A DNA stretch of 64,000 nucleotides from Takakia lepidozioides (GCA_030704615.1 CM060732.1:28086001-28150000), one strand, 5' to 3'. Positions 1 through 13,249 are shown, counted from the stretch's first letter. Notes: generated by a model not told the origin, from the sequence alone. Numbers and translations are program-made.

Positions 1-90
1 TGTTGTAGTGGATCATGACAGGGCCTACGACATCACGGTTTCCAATTTTCCCAATTGCACATGTCCTGATTTTGTGAATATGCTATCAAC
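1..90 (+). mobile_element. Fragment of the SWIM zinc-finger region of a MULE-like transposase (same family as 57520-58557)
   Basis: Translation HDRAYDITVSNFPNCTCPDFVNML matches HDRLYDITVSNFPNCTCPDFIGML in ORF 57520..58557; truncated at about 90. Confidence 0.8.
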
Positions 91-131
91 CAGATGTTTA
101 ATAATGTGCCACTGTCGCATGTTGGTCAAAA

Positions 132-182
132 GTAATAATAATAATAATAATTATTATTATTATTATAGTAATTATAATAACA
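132..182. repeat. (AAT)n followed by (TTA)n microsatellite forming an AT-rich quasi-palindrome
   Basis: aataataataataataat-tattattattattat read directly. Confidence 0.85.
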
Positions 183-209
183 ATAAATTAAATCCCCAAC
201 CCCCCCCCA

Positions 210-810
210 GTACCTGATGTGATTTTGAACAATGCCCTCGTGGATATGTATGCCAAATGTGGGAGCATCAAGGGCAAGCCTGCCAGCTCTGGAAAAGGTT
301 TTGATTAGGTCCATGGTTTTATTGTCAAAGCTGGAATTGTACCTGATTGTGATTGTGGACAATGCCCTCGTGGACAAGTATGCCAAATGTGGGAGCAATG
401 CGTGTGCAAGCCTGGCAGCTCTGGAAAAGGGAAGAGGTCCATGGTTTCATTGTCAAAGCTGGAATTATACCTGATGTGATTCTGGACAATGCCCTCGTGG
501 ACATGTATGCCAAATGTGTCAGCATGAAGGGCAAGCCTGGCAGCTTTGGAAAATGGAAGTGGTCCATGGTTTCATTGTCAAAGCTGGAATTGTACCTGAT
601 GTGATTCTGAACAATGCCCTCGTGGACATGTACGCCAAATGTGGGAGCATCAAGAGCAAGCTTGCCAGCTGTGGAAAAGGGAAGATCAGGTCCATGGTTT
701 CATTGTCAAAGCTGGAATTGTACCTGATTGTGATTCTGGACAGTGCCCTCGTGGACATATATGCCAAATGTGGGAGCATCAAGGATGCAAAGGCAGTTTT
801 CCAACACTAT
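210..810 (+). repeat. Tandem array of about five 125-129 bp units derived from a PLS-PPR gene (frameshifted)
   Basis: Units start at about 210, 339, 467, 592 and 720. Each encodes VPDVILDNALVDMYAKCGSIK / ASLAALEKG / VHGFIVKAGI, and the frame shifts between most units. Confidence 0.9.
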
Positions 811-2179
811 GGCTCTTGGAGTGATTTTGACATGTACCAGTAGAGGGGAGAAAGTGGGGCCCTCAGCAGATGAGTTGAAAAGCACTAGTTAAAAAACACT
901 GGCGCTTGATAGGGTGGGGCAAAATTTAGGCTGGGGCGATCATTGATATCCCGGACGTAGTGTAAAAAAGACGGTTGTGAGTGAAGTACACCCGTAAAAA
1001 AAAAACCCTGCTGTCTCAAAAAGGGAGCCAGTCACAAAGAGCAAGGCACTTTGTCCAAGCTTCTTGACATCAAGCAACAATGTGGACAGGGAGGTAGTCA
1101 TTGGGAACAATTTTTGTAACGTGGTGAAGAAAGCCTTGTCTGAGGATCACTGGATATTTCTCTAGTACGGTTGGACTAGTAGAGATTGAAATTCGTGCTC
1201 AGCTCAGCTTCAGACTGTCTCATTGTGAGGGGCCTAGGGTTGTTGTGCACATGCGCCTACGCCCTCTCTGCTGCGTGTCCCGAACTGCGTGTCAAGGTTG
1301 ACTGGACAGAAATGGGATTGACATTTTTGGCGCTCACAAATCTCTGAGACGACATGAGGTAGTTTTATCTATAGCTTCTCAAAGCAATTGTTGTACATTG
1401 TTGATTATAGTGTGACATTCTCATAACGATATTGTCGTCAGCTGCATGAGCAGTGCATCTTTTTGGATTGCTGGTTCCCGAAGGCATTATATGTAACAGG
1501 ACAGAGGGCAAGTTATAGCCAATAGTTGCAGGCAGTGTTCAATATTGAAGAGAATTCTATGCCCTTTCGGTTCTGCCGATCTCCTTCTCATTTTACTTGA
1601 GGTTGTCTATTTTGAGAGCTTTGATGTTTGGATGAAAATGCATTTTGGCATCAACTTAAATGGATGGCCTGCACTGGTGGGCATTCAGATTCTAAACGAG
1701 CCGGCAAAGAAAAACTACAAGTCCCACAACCCTCTACATGCAGACCCCATAACCTTAATAACATTTTTGAACGTCTATGTGTTATGTCGTCCAAGGCATG
1801 TTGAATAGAGGTGGAAGTCATTTCATCCATCTATCTTCCACCTGGATGGTCAATGTGCCACGCCATATAGTTGCCCCAAATTCCTGTAGGACTTCTCACA
1901 CTAACCTCACACTCCATGACTCATTTCACACTCATATCAAATGCCCCATATGCATTATCTTGGTCAACACCCGTTGACCGTATGGGTGTCATTCAAGTGT
2001 GAAATTTGTAACACCATGTGGGTTTTCCTACAATGGTCCAGATCACACCTTGCCTCCTCTCACATGGGTGTAAGAGGAGCTGTTCAAAGTGCCAGGTGTG
2101 AACTATGGGTGGTGTTGGAAAAACCGGTTTCTGTAGTAGTGATTGCTTGCCTGGATAGAGTATATTTCTACCTTGCACT

Positions 2180-3372
2180 CAGACAAAATGAATTGGCAGT
2201 GGAGTGTAGTTTCCATGGTGTTGGATCACAAAGGACGCATCACTCAGCTTTTGACAGCCATGCACGACATCAACAAGTAAGATTTCTCATTTCATTTTCT
2301 GTCCTTCCTGTGCTTTCCCAATTTCCCAGTCGTCTTACAAGTGTATGGGTTTTCGTAGGTCGAACGAAACCTCCCATGTGACGACCAATCTTTGTCACAC
2401 TTTTTTTCGTGTTCAAAAGATAGGGTTGATGCCCACTGAAATCCTTTGCGAACGTGTTGAGTCCTCTGCAGATTAAGAGATGTGCTGAGAAGAAGCCCAA
2501 CACATGGTACAGCTTGACAAGGGAGACATTTCTTGACTACATGTACACGGTATGCATCCTCAATTCTGTTTGTTTTCAGATTGATTTCTTCGAAGAATTT
2601 TCTGTATTCGATGATGTCCATTGCCATTGTATGCAGCAAGAAATAGCAGAGACAGGCTTGAAGGCGAAAGCCGAGTACTATGCAACCCACACAGAAGAGG
2701 AGAGGTCTGCCACAGATGTAGATGACATAATGAGATTTGAGATGGATAACCACAGGAAGAACCTCATGAGTGCGTTCGACAAACAAATCCGCATAGCAGA
2801 TCCAAGTCTAGGCACAGAGTTTCTTGAGCAGGTGAAAGTGCACTACGACAAGTATGGATCCAAACCAGAAATGACCCAAGAGAAACTATATCGCCTGTCT
2901 ATCTCTATGGTGGACAATGCAGCGAAAATAAGGTGGTTGGAGATCTGGAATTCGGATCCACTTGTGAGGGACACAAACATGTTCCCAACTCCCGAGAGGA
3001 ACTCGAAAACACAAGCAATCAAAGTTGTGAGCGACCACGCATTCGACCAGTGGCTGCATAAAGCAACATTCTGGAGCCAGATGAGGTTGTTGGCAAACCA
3101 TTTGGAACTGATTCATTACATTCATGTTGTCTCTCAAGTTCCTATGACCTTCTTCTTGCAGCTGGAAAAAACGAGCGGTGGCAACACTTGGGGAGTCAAT
3201 GGCAGACTACAAAATCGCCATGGCGCAGCCCCAGATCATGCTAGAGGCCTATAGGTGGAAGCTCGTTTTGTGGAACAACTGCTTCTTCAGGGAGTTTGAG
3301 AGAGACAAACAGGTCTCACGAATTCAAAAACGAGTACAACAATGAGCAAGCAATGAAGCGAGTTTTGTACAG
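2180..3372 (+). pseudogene. Truncated paralog of the TE-associated ParB/Srx-like gene at 61349-64000
   Basis: WSVVSMVLDHKGRITQLLTAMHDIN|gt, HVTTNLCHTFFR...YMYT|gt, QEIAE...RKNLMSAFDKQIRIADP...WLHKATFWSQ and DYKIAM align exon by exon with 62930-64000, with matching intron positions. Confidence 0.85.
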
Positions 3373-4158
3373 GTTACTTCTTTGTACTTCTATTATCTCA
3401 ATTACATACTTCAAAGTTTTTATTTCATATTCACATTTATTTTATATCATTCTGCTTTGCATGCCCAATCCATATATCTAATGTTCTCACTCTCACCACG
3501 GTTTTAATTTCATTGTTTTAAAATTTTAAAATCTAACAATTGAATAAGACCAGTATATTAGCTTGAAGTTCAATTTTTCACTTCATATCATATGATTTAT
3601 TTCCAGGAAATAATTATATTCAAAATTCTCTAATCTAATATTTCTTCATTAATCTAATTAATATTATAATTTTTTGTTTACGATTATTGTTGCGGTTAAG
3701 AACAAAATTTCTTAATTCATCTTCTTCTTTACGTAAGTCCTATATTAATGTTTACATACTTAATTACAACATAGTAAATTGCATAAAAAAAAACAGTCAG
3801 TATTTCAACAAATATCTCAATATTTTAGTAATTCAGAAAATTGAAAGATCAGTATCATACATTATACTTAATTTTTGCTCTTATGGTACATGTTCATTTA
3901 GGTCATTGTTCTATTTTGAAAAAGAAAAAGATCAAATATAAAATTTTATGAGAGGATTTGATGATTATTATATTTTCAACTGCCAAAGTTGTCAATGTTA
4001 TCATATATTTTCACATAACAGATAATCTAATATGATTATCTTTGGTTTTTTCGATTTAAGTCTATCATATTTGTATTATAATTTATTTTTTATCTACAAA
4101 TAAAATAAAGTTTTTCCAGGGTCTTTGGTCTCTGTCGTTGTTATACATATATATTTAG

Positions 4159-4825
4159 AGAAGACAATAGGAATAATGTAAGAACTTAATGGACGCGTGT
4201 GATCTGACGGTACTTTCGTCGGATTCCGGCAGCATGGGCTCTCCGGTGTCAAATCCTCCCCACCCCCTCTTACCTTGGTTTCACTATTAAATACTTCAGA
4301 ATCCAAGTGGGTTTCAAGCTGCGGTGGGTAACATGATGGTAAGGTGTGGTAGCGTTGCAGTTTGCAAGGTTCAACGTTCGATTCTTGATGGAAGGCACTT
4401 GTGTGTAACCCTCGTCGGTGTAACCCCAGTAGTGTAACCCTCTGTAATCCCGGTTTCTCATGTAACTCTCGTTAGTCCATTTTATACTTAACCAAATTTG
4501 GACTTAGTCAAATTTCGAGACCAAGTGTGAGTTACATCGAGAGGAGTTACACTCCATTCTGTGTAACCCCGAGTGGAGTTACACACCTCGTCGCGTAACC
4601 CAATGTAATCCTAAGTGGAGTTACACACCTCATCTTGTAACCCGATGTGACCCCAAGTGGGGTTACACACCTCGTCGTGTAACCCAATGTAACCCTGACT
4701 CGAGTTTACACTCCTTCAGTTCCATGTCACTGGTGGGGAATATTTGACATGCCGGAAACCGGCGTACCATCCTGTCAGAGGTTGCACATGTGCATTAAGT
4801 TCTTACATTATTCCTATTATCTTCC
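4159..4825. mobile_element. Non-autonomous Mutator-like element (MULE-MITE)
   Basis: 9-bp TSD TATATTTAG at 4150-4158 and 4826-4834; TIR (A/G)GAAGA(C/T)AATAGGAATAATGTAAGAACTTAATG extending imperfectly to about 75 bp; internal TGTAACCC/GAGTTACAC repeats. Confidence 0.9.
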
Positions 4826-5159
4826 TATATTTAGTTTCAATATAAAATTGTAAATAAATATTCTACTCCCAGGGTGGAGCCGTTACGCAACTAGCCGATT
4901 GTTAGGTTACGGGGCAATGTCCCCTTTCTGATCCTCTTGGTTGTATCTGAGGTTATTTTTTCCTCATCTTTTATTAATAAAATTAACCTGTCCCCTGTTC
5001 TCTAAAAAAAAGGAGAGAGAGAGACAGAGGCGGTGCATGAGGATCATGATTCAACGGTGAAGCGTTGCAGGTCTTTGCTTTCAGCTATGGATAAAAAGGT
5101 GGTGCAGCCAAGGGTGTACTAGGGTTCACACCCTGCTCCATTCCTGCACACTTGTATTT

Positions 5160-5265
5160 AGGAAGAAGGGAGACTCCTTCAATGCCTGCCTTCCTTGCTT
5201 TCTTAAGCAACTCTTTAGGAAGAAGGGAGACTCCTTCAATGCCCGCCTTCCTTGCTTTCTTAATC
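5160..5265. repeat. 57-bp tandem duplication, in frame within minus-strand ORF 5085-5351
   Basis: aggaagaagggagactccttcaatgc(c/t)gccttccttgctttcttaa occurs twice, giving KKARKAGIEGVSLLPK x2. Confidence 0.85.
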
Positions 5266-5504
5266 AACTCTTGTCGATAACTGTCGAGTTGCTGAAAGCC
5301 CGATGAAGCTGCCCTGCCCTTGCGGCCTACAGCTCTCCCTGCCTTCCGCATTCTTCATCCAATCTTCATCCGACAGACTTTCAAAATTGAAGCCCTAAAG
5401 TCCGAACAGGCAGCATGGAGGTGTGCGAGGTGTGGATCAACAGCGCGTCTGGCAGAGTTTTGACGCTGCACAGAGGCATGTAGCAGATTGAATTCTGAAG
5501 AACA

Positions 5505-8500
5505 ATGGAGGCGACAGAGGAGGCAGAAAAGAGATTTGAAAGGGCCATGGAGCGCCTGTTTGCGGGAAGCGCTCTTACCAAGGCTGCCAGGTGCTTCTTT
5601 GCTTCTACTGCTTGCTTCGTACTTGACTTGTCTCTGGAGATTGTCTGCCTTTCGGTTCCCCGATCCATTATGATAAGGGCTTGCCTTTCCCTGTATCCCT
5701 ATTTTTGGAGAAGGGTAAGCCGCATCACATTTTCCGACCTGCTGATGCTCCTTTGTTTTTCGTAACTTGTTTGATCATCATCTCCCGGCCGGCCAAACTT
5801 TCTTTGCATTCTCTGCTTCTCTCGGAAATTAGCTACGATACTGGGACCAAATAACTGGGAGTCCAAGCGGCATGGGTGTGCTACTCCTAGTATGAGAGAA
5901 AAACACAACAGCTGCGCCTTCAGCAAAGAAAATGAATGGCTGAAGGATGTAGCGTGTTGAAGGCAGCTTGCAGGGGTAGTCATCTTCTCACCGATGTTTC
6001 ATGATCAGACCGCGATGACATTTCTTAGGAGGTTAGGTTTCTGACACAGTGCTGGCTTTTGTTTTGTTTTGGCAGGTTATCGGAGGTAAGCCGTGAAAAG
6101 GAGGGAGGTGGGTGCAGTTCCGCAGGGGCATCACCATCTTTGATAGGGAGCAAGGAGGACCAACGAGGAGGCGTTGTGCCCCTACCTTGCATCAGTGGCC
6201 TGGTGGCACCTGCTGCATGCCGACCTTGGGATCGTAGTGATCTGCTGCACCGCCTTGCCACCTACAAATCGATGACGTGGTTTGGCAAACCACAGGTGGG
6301 AACCCTCTTGGACAATGGGAGGCTGTGACAGCTCTATGCTCACGTTCTTAAGTCCAATTATCACGATGTAGAATAACTTGTAGAGATATCAGTGCTTCGC
6401 CAGTAGCCTCTCCAGATGTGTATAAAATTCAAGTAATGGAAATTGAACACAAATGGTGTGGGAGTGGTGCAGGTTGCAGGCCCGGTAGCATGTGCAAGGA
6501 GAGGGTGGGTGAATGTGGATGTGGACCTGCTTGCCTGCGAAGTATGTGGTGCCCGCCTCAGTTTCCCTGTGCCACCATCCTGGCCACATCAGCAGGGTAC
6601 TTGCTCTTCTTGCTTTTGGAACTCAGATTTCATGCTTTCCCAGTGACAACTATGTTTCTGTTATTTTGGAGAGGAAAACAATCTTGCAAAATTATCAGTG
6701 AGGAAATGGAACTGAGTATTTATTTTTACGGTTGGTGTTTGAAGTGGAGAGCGCAGCACAAGCATTTGCAGAGCAGCTGGACACAGCACACAAAGGGTTG
6801 TGTGCATGGAAGAGCAATGCATGTGCAGACATGCTGGCGCAGTTTCCACCCACACCTCTGCCAGCACTTCTGGGCACTTATGCGGATCGCTGTGAAGCCC
6901 TGTTGCAGCTGTCTGCACTCCCAGTCGTGTCAGAGTCTGCCATCAACCAGATGAAGCTTTCAAGAAGCCCTCAAATTGATCATCTCCTGGCCCAGCCTCC
7001 TCCCTTGATTGCAGGACTTCCATTCGGACTTCGCCCTGGTTCTAACTCAAGTGGAGAGGGATTAGTCACCACTATGCCCAAGACCTTCTATCAGGTTCGG
7101 TCCATCTTTTCTTGTGCAGAACAAGTTGCAAAATGCGTTTCTTCACTAACCAGGGCCCTCTGTTTTTGGTACAAATATTCAGCTGTGTGAAGGATGCTGC
7201 AAAGGTTTTGGAGTAAGTGCTTTTGTCTGTGGTGGCACTCACATTAGTCATTGACTGATAACACCCCTGCTACATATCCTTCACGGAGAAACGATATTTC
7301 TCAGTTCTGTTCTAATTCCTATATGCTGTGTTTAAAGCACCTGGTGTTTGGAAAATCCTGCAATCCCCTACCACTCAGATTTCAGTCATTCACACCCACT
7401 GCCTGGTTGAGAGTGAAGTTGGTTTGAAGGTGAGGTGAAGTTAAAAGTGTCTCAACTCTGAATGGCATGGCAGGCACAGCGGCTGATAGCAGTTTGTGGA
7501 TGGGAACCACGACTTCTGCCGTACACTGTGGATTGTGAGGATCGATCAGCAGCACAGTCTGCCAGGCGCAATGGCCACACTGTCCCAGAAAGTTTTGCAG
7601 CTCGGGATCCAGGACCAAGTGTGATGGTGCACAGCAGAGGTGAGAATTTACAGGACAAAGGGCGCACTCACCTGAGTAACCCTGATGTTACTGCCTTTGA
7701 TCCTGCGTCTGCTGTGCTCGATTGCAGTTTGTGCGGTGCCAGCATCGGCCTCTGGAGCTTTGCCACAGTTGCTCGTCCCTCGCCACTCCTGGACTTGGGG
7801 ATGGCAGAACTGCCAGGACCACCAAAGAAACTTGAGGAGACAGGCATTGCAGGGGCTAGTGCAGCTAGCTGCATTGATGGTTGGGGGTTGACCAGGCCAG
7901 AGCTAAGGGAAGAACCTCGCAAGGATGATGCTGATGCCGTGACTGTGATTGTTGCATCAAAGCCTGTGAATCGAAAAGGGGCTCTGGACTTGAACCTCAC
8001 CATTGCTGGTGGCCCTCCCCCAACGCAGCTTACTGCTCCAGCTAAGGTCCCACCCGTATTTGGACCCATCCCTAGCATCCAACGCCTTTGTGGGCATCCT
8101 GAAGCTAGTGAAACTGGGGACTGGGTAGCTGCCTCATACGAGTCTCGAGGGCCCCAGCACTGGGAGTGTGGGACAGATCATGGTGGCAGCACAGTGGATG
8201 CAACCCACTATGGCAGGCTTGCAGCTGACAGCGTGGAAGGCACAATGGTGGACCACCACGACGCTGAGGACATGGATGATGAGGGCAAGGATGCAGCACA
8301 CTCATCGAAACGCAAGGCGGGCACGGCTCTTGTTGAAAGGGAGCTAGTATTAGGCAGCCATAACCTGTGCAGTAGGAAGCGAAAGCGCAAAGAGCCCAGC
8401 TTGCAGGGGCCTGCCACCTTCGTGGGGCAGTCTTCTAGGCAGTGGCCATGGACATCATCTGTGAATGCGATTGACACTTGTTACCAGCAGAAGCAGGAGA

Positions 8501-10033
8501 ACTCGATGGAAAGTGTAGAGAACCTTCCACAAGAGAGTGATGGGCAGGGCACAGCTGTGAACCATGAGGATGGGCAAGAGACTGTGGTGCAGGCTGACGT
8601 CAGCAGGTGTCACCATGATGTTGCTGAGCCAGGCCTAAGCAAGAGTGATGAAGGGGGAGCTGAAGAAGGTGCTGAAACTAATTTGGCAGTGATCAGCACC
8701 GGAACCAGGACAGGGGGAGGTGTGAGTGTGGGGATGGGAGGCGGTGGGAGTGTAGGCATGGGAGGTAGTGATGAGGCTGAAATACAGGGTGAGAGTGTGG
8801 CTGGTGATGCTGAGTTTGTGATGGACATGACAGGGCAAATGGGTGAAACTGTTCCTGATCGTGGGTACAGCCAAGAGGTCCTGCTTGGCATCAACTGTGC
8901 TTTGCTGAAAGAAATGGGTTCAGCTGGAGAGTCAGGAGAAAGTCAAGGGAAGGGCAGCCACAGGGGAGAGAATGAGCACACAAAGGTAGAAGGAACTCAA
9001 GAGACAACCGATGCTGTGATTCATGGTGGTGACGAGGATCCAAATCCGTTCAAGAAAGAGGTTGGGGACAGCCAGATGGATCCAGAATTTTCTGAAGAGA
9101 AGGGTCGAGACATTCACGGCCCCACCGGTCATTTGGCAGGTGGTTCCTCTGCACTTTAGCACCTAATTTTTTTCCCCAAGTGCATCGGCATGTGACTTGA
9201 ATGCTTCACAGGTGGATGAAACAAGAGAATGGATGAAGTCAAGGTACATTGGATGAGTTGCGATGTATAAAGAGGACAGAAAATTGAGCCTTCCCTTCTT
9301 CACTTATTGGAAGATTTTGTGGACTAGTTGACATGTGTCAATGGTTTGATAAGCAAATGCTTTGTTGATTGCAATGGATTTTGTGTGCCGCAGCAACAGG
9401 GAAGAAGGGTATGAGAGACTGGAAGATAGATACGGGTGAGTTTGACCCTATTCACCAGCACCGCCATTTCTGCCCGTGGGTGAATGGCCATGTTGCTGCT
9501 GCTGGCAGCAATGGTGGCAGTGCAGGTCCAGTCTGTGGCTGGCAGCTAACACTGGATGCACTGCAGCAGCAGCAACCCCCTGCAGGCCTTGCTGAGTCTG
9601 AGTCAACAGCTTCCATGGTTAAGGTAATCTATGCCAGTCACCTGGCCATTTTCTTAAAAAGAGCTGCTCTAAAGGAAACTGTGTTGCTACTAGTCAGTGG
9701 AGGCTACAGTCTACATGTTACTACATCTTTTCTTCTGTAGAGGTCCTGTTTTTTGTCCTGTTTAATGATGTTCTTTGGTCCTTTAAAGCAGCAATCACTG
9801 TTGTGTTGGATATTGTCTATCTTCGTCGTTCCATTGATCTTACAATTCGTTACTTTTAAAATGATTTGTCTTTACAGAGGAGTAACTAAATGGTATGGTA
9901 ACTAGATTGCACTTGTCGTGATTGAGGGGGGTGCAAATGGTGAATGCAGGTCAATCCTCTTGTGTCGGTTTGCAAGTTGCTGGGACCAATATCACCTCCT
10001 AAACAGCACATGAGAAGTCGCATTCAGAGCTGA
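5505..10033 (+). CDS. NIPA/ZC3HC1-like C3HC zinc-finger protein (zf-C3HC + Rsm1-like; plant IAP-like protein family), 7 exons
   Basis: Phase-compatible GT-AG exons 5505-5590, 6076-6295, 6473-6596, 6745-7094, 7474-9139, 9394-9623, 9950-10033; motifs CRPWDRxDLLxRLATY, CARRGW, CEVC, H-x3-CAW, CGWE, CSLC, EFDPIxQHRxFCPW. Confidence 0.9.
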
Positions 10034-12039
10034 AGACCAGGCTTAGGATTTCAAGTCAGCATGTCAAAGGTGTCTGTCACCGTCTCCCAGTTTATAGCAT
10101 ATCCATGCAAATGGGGGATAGGGTATACGCTACTTAAACTGACATACATTTTGTGGCTCTGGTAAAACTGGAAAACCCTTTGTGAGGGTTAGGCACTTCT
10201 TGTGGAGGTAGATACTGAGGTATGAGTTTGGTGGTTGGTGGTTCGTTTAACGTTGGGCATCACAAAATTCCTGATTTTGTTGACCTTTGATTTTGAGGGT
10301 AAAGTTTGTGTAGGCAGATTTTGTAGTATATGCACTTGCTCTGAAAGGCATTCACAAAACAGAGAGATGCAAATGTGCCTTCAGCAGTCGCCGTCTCTGT
10401 AATATATCTCACAGACAGTCCAGAGCCTGTCAGTACAATAGCATTGATTAGTAAGTTGGTGGCCTCATCCCGCCTAGTCTCTTTCTGATCGGAAGCCTGT
10501 GCAGATGAACGGACAGAAGGAAGCAGTTGTTGCTTTGCAGTTGGGACCAGGTTAAACTCAGTGAAACCAAGACCAATACAAAGCAGACATTGTGTGAATG
10601 ACTCAAGGTACATGAAAACAAGGACTTCCGATAGCTACTACTGATTCCATAGATTCCATGGAAAGTGAATTGTAATTGTATATATAGTTCATACTGAAAC
10701 ATTATTTGTTCGAATGAAAAGCCAGCTTATCAATATTTTTCTGGGCATTTCTGATATATTTGCAAGCTCAAAACTACTCTCCAACTATGTGTTTAAGCAA
10801 AACTAGGGTAGACAGGCCTATGACCGTTCATCTAACGATGGCGGAAGATCCAATGGTGAATTTTTGTCGTTTTACCCCGGATAAAATTGATAAGATGCCC
10901 CACATCCAGGGCATCCCAACACACTTGGAAGTGTGTGATTTCATGAAGTCCACACAAAGTGTGGGGTTTTAAAGTTGAACCAATCAAAAAGCTTGTGTGA
11001 ACCTTGGGCCCTATTACCAATCACATTTTTTGAGGGGTTCTATCAAACAACTGTTTGCCAAGTGGCAAAATGCGCAGTCTTGGGCCCAGCAATGGTAGCT
11101 CGTCATGAGGTGACTGGTCATAGGTACTATAATGGCCATAGGGTGTTCTACCCTACATGTGGTGTCCAGAGCAGGAGTCAGAAATTGAACAATTATCATG
11201 ACTATGTAGTTTAAACCTTAACCCCTAAAAGACGATGCAACCAGATTCGGGTCGCGTCAAATTACTTGCCACGCTCCAATTCCCATGGATGATATTGGAT
11301 GGAAGTGAACCTTGAAGATGAATTGTACATGTCATAGAGGAGCACGTGTGGGAATTTACAGCGCCAAAAAATCATAAAAGCTCTTCTCCCTAGAATTTTA
11401 CAAAATGCCATGGTTTCATGAAATCCAGTGTTAGAGCACCATTGACCTGCCTACGTGGCAGTCAAATGGGCAATGTTCAAGATACATCTAGGGCTGAAAA
11501 TTTTATTATAATGCTAAAATTTTTGGACAAGGCACCATGAAATGTTAATGTGCACTTACTTACCAGAGGAATTGGAAAACAAATGTCACCTCATGGGTGT
11601 ACTTGGGAAACAAGCCAAAACAAGATTTTTTAACCCCCAGATTTCACATACAAAGCAGGCCCCCCATATTTTTGGCATTTTGGTCTGAGATTATGGGAGA
11701 TGACCTGTTGGTTGCCCCTTATCGGAATTCTGGAGGCCATTTCTTCAAAAAAAAAAAAAAAAATCACCAAACTTGCATGGTCAAAGCAATAATTCCTCTC
11801 TTTTTTTGTTCATGGTTACAACTTGGCCAATTTTCTTTTGTTATAATCTACTACATGGAACGGTCAAAAGTGCTACAATTTTCTGAGGACCTTCATGTAG
11901 TAGGTAGGGATGAAATGGAACTGTTCATCCAGCTGGATGTAAGGGGGGGTAGGAAGTTACAGCTCAGCAATGGAGGGTATGGCCCACTCCCAAAAGTTAG
12001 CTCATCCTTTAGGGGTTAACTGTGGAAGGTGGGCAGACT

Positions 12040-12236
12040 CGATAATCTAATTTATGTGGGTAAGACCTGCCACTCATCACTGAAATGGACCCTGAAGGTC
12101 TGTACACGTGAATCACTACTATCCTCGCCACGCGTTGAAGGCAAGAGAGAGGAAGAAAAAGATGAGAGGATATGAATAGTCCATATGTTGATTGCAACCA
12201 GTGTGAATCAAAGATGTCATGTAAAGTGAGCAAATG
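12040..12236 (+). repeat. Dispersed repeat; other copies at about 50410-50525 (+) and 52250-52435 (-)
   Basis: Shared blocks tttatgtgggta(a/g)gacctgccac...aaatggaccct, gcaagagagagg and gtgtga(a/g)tc(a/g)aaga. Confidence 0.75.
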
Positions 12237-13249
12237 CCGAGGGATCTAAACCCTAAACCCTAAACCAAATGGTGATGAACAAGTAACAATGTTTCAGCTT
12301 GATTGAAAACGTGTGACAAGGGCGCAAACCTCTGCAAGCTAATCTCCCAATGTTTCCACTTCTTCAACTCTCGCTTATGTCTGTCTTACAACTTCAGTGG
12401 AGAGGTAAATGTACTCATAAGACGTTCGCCTTGTGGCCATAGAGAGAGAGAGAGAGAGAGAGAGAGAGCAGTAAATTACCGCGCCTAGCTATGGCGCCGT
12501 AGTGTGGATTCCCCATGGCGTGGGGTGCACTTGGCTTGACTTGTATTTGAGTGACGAGTTTATATATGCATGAGTTTATGCTTCAGCTTTGTGAGCTCGC
12601 ATGAGCTTGTGCTTGTATCCTTCTTCTTTATCACTCGAGAAAAATCAGCTCGTATCTGTGAGTGCTAGATACGAGTTAGTTGTAGCACTTGTGGTTTTTG
12701 CTTGAGAATGAGAGAAACCATGTTGTTATGCAAGGAGCACCGTGGAGCTCTTGGTTGTTAGAAGCGGAGGCGATGTGGGTTACGAGGTAGTAGACCTTGG
12801 CATTCGATCTTCAGCTTCAGAGATGAAAGCACCATGCTGCAGGTAATTCCAGAGCACCTTGATGGTTTTAGATTGTGTACATGCATGAGCAAGCACGATT
12901 GGAAAGAGGACCAGTCAAGAGCAGGTTAGAGTGGCTTTGGTAGCAAAGCTAAGAACTGGCCTTGGGAATGCGAGCTTTCATTGTGTGAAGGATTGCAAGA
13001 CCAAGCGAAAGGGCTGATTTGACTTGGGGCAAATCAGTGCACTTTGTGGAGTATGTTGAGATTGGGTTTCAATCTCGAGCTTTAGCATTGAGAGGGCTCT
13101 TGTCATGGCAAGAGCAGGGCTGGAACAGGAGCTAAGAGGTGCGGCAAGGCAATGGAAATGTAAGCCTTAGGGTTTCAAGAGCTTGGCAAAGGCTGTGGAG
13201 TGCTTAGTCTTGTCTTAGAGAGCCTCAAGGAGCCAAGGAGCCAAGATAG

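Noticed and set aside
3400-4090. ORF 3687-3941 in a very AT-rich tract
   Set aside because: Low-complexity composition with no motif; probably non-coding TE or intergenic DNA
4400-4715. CRISPR-like repeat array
   Set aside because: No constant repeat with unique spacers, no cas genes, eukaryotic context, and it lies inside a TIR/TSD-bounded MITE
7668-9162. Antisense ORFs over the large NIPA exon (and similar shadow ORFs over the PPR, gag and transposase regions)
   Set aside because: Explained as opposite-strand or alternate-frame shadows of real coding sequence
10760-11214. Possible Harbinger transposase relic (CRFTPDKI...GIP)
   Set aside because: Only a short resemblance; no DDE motifs or termini
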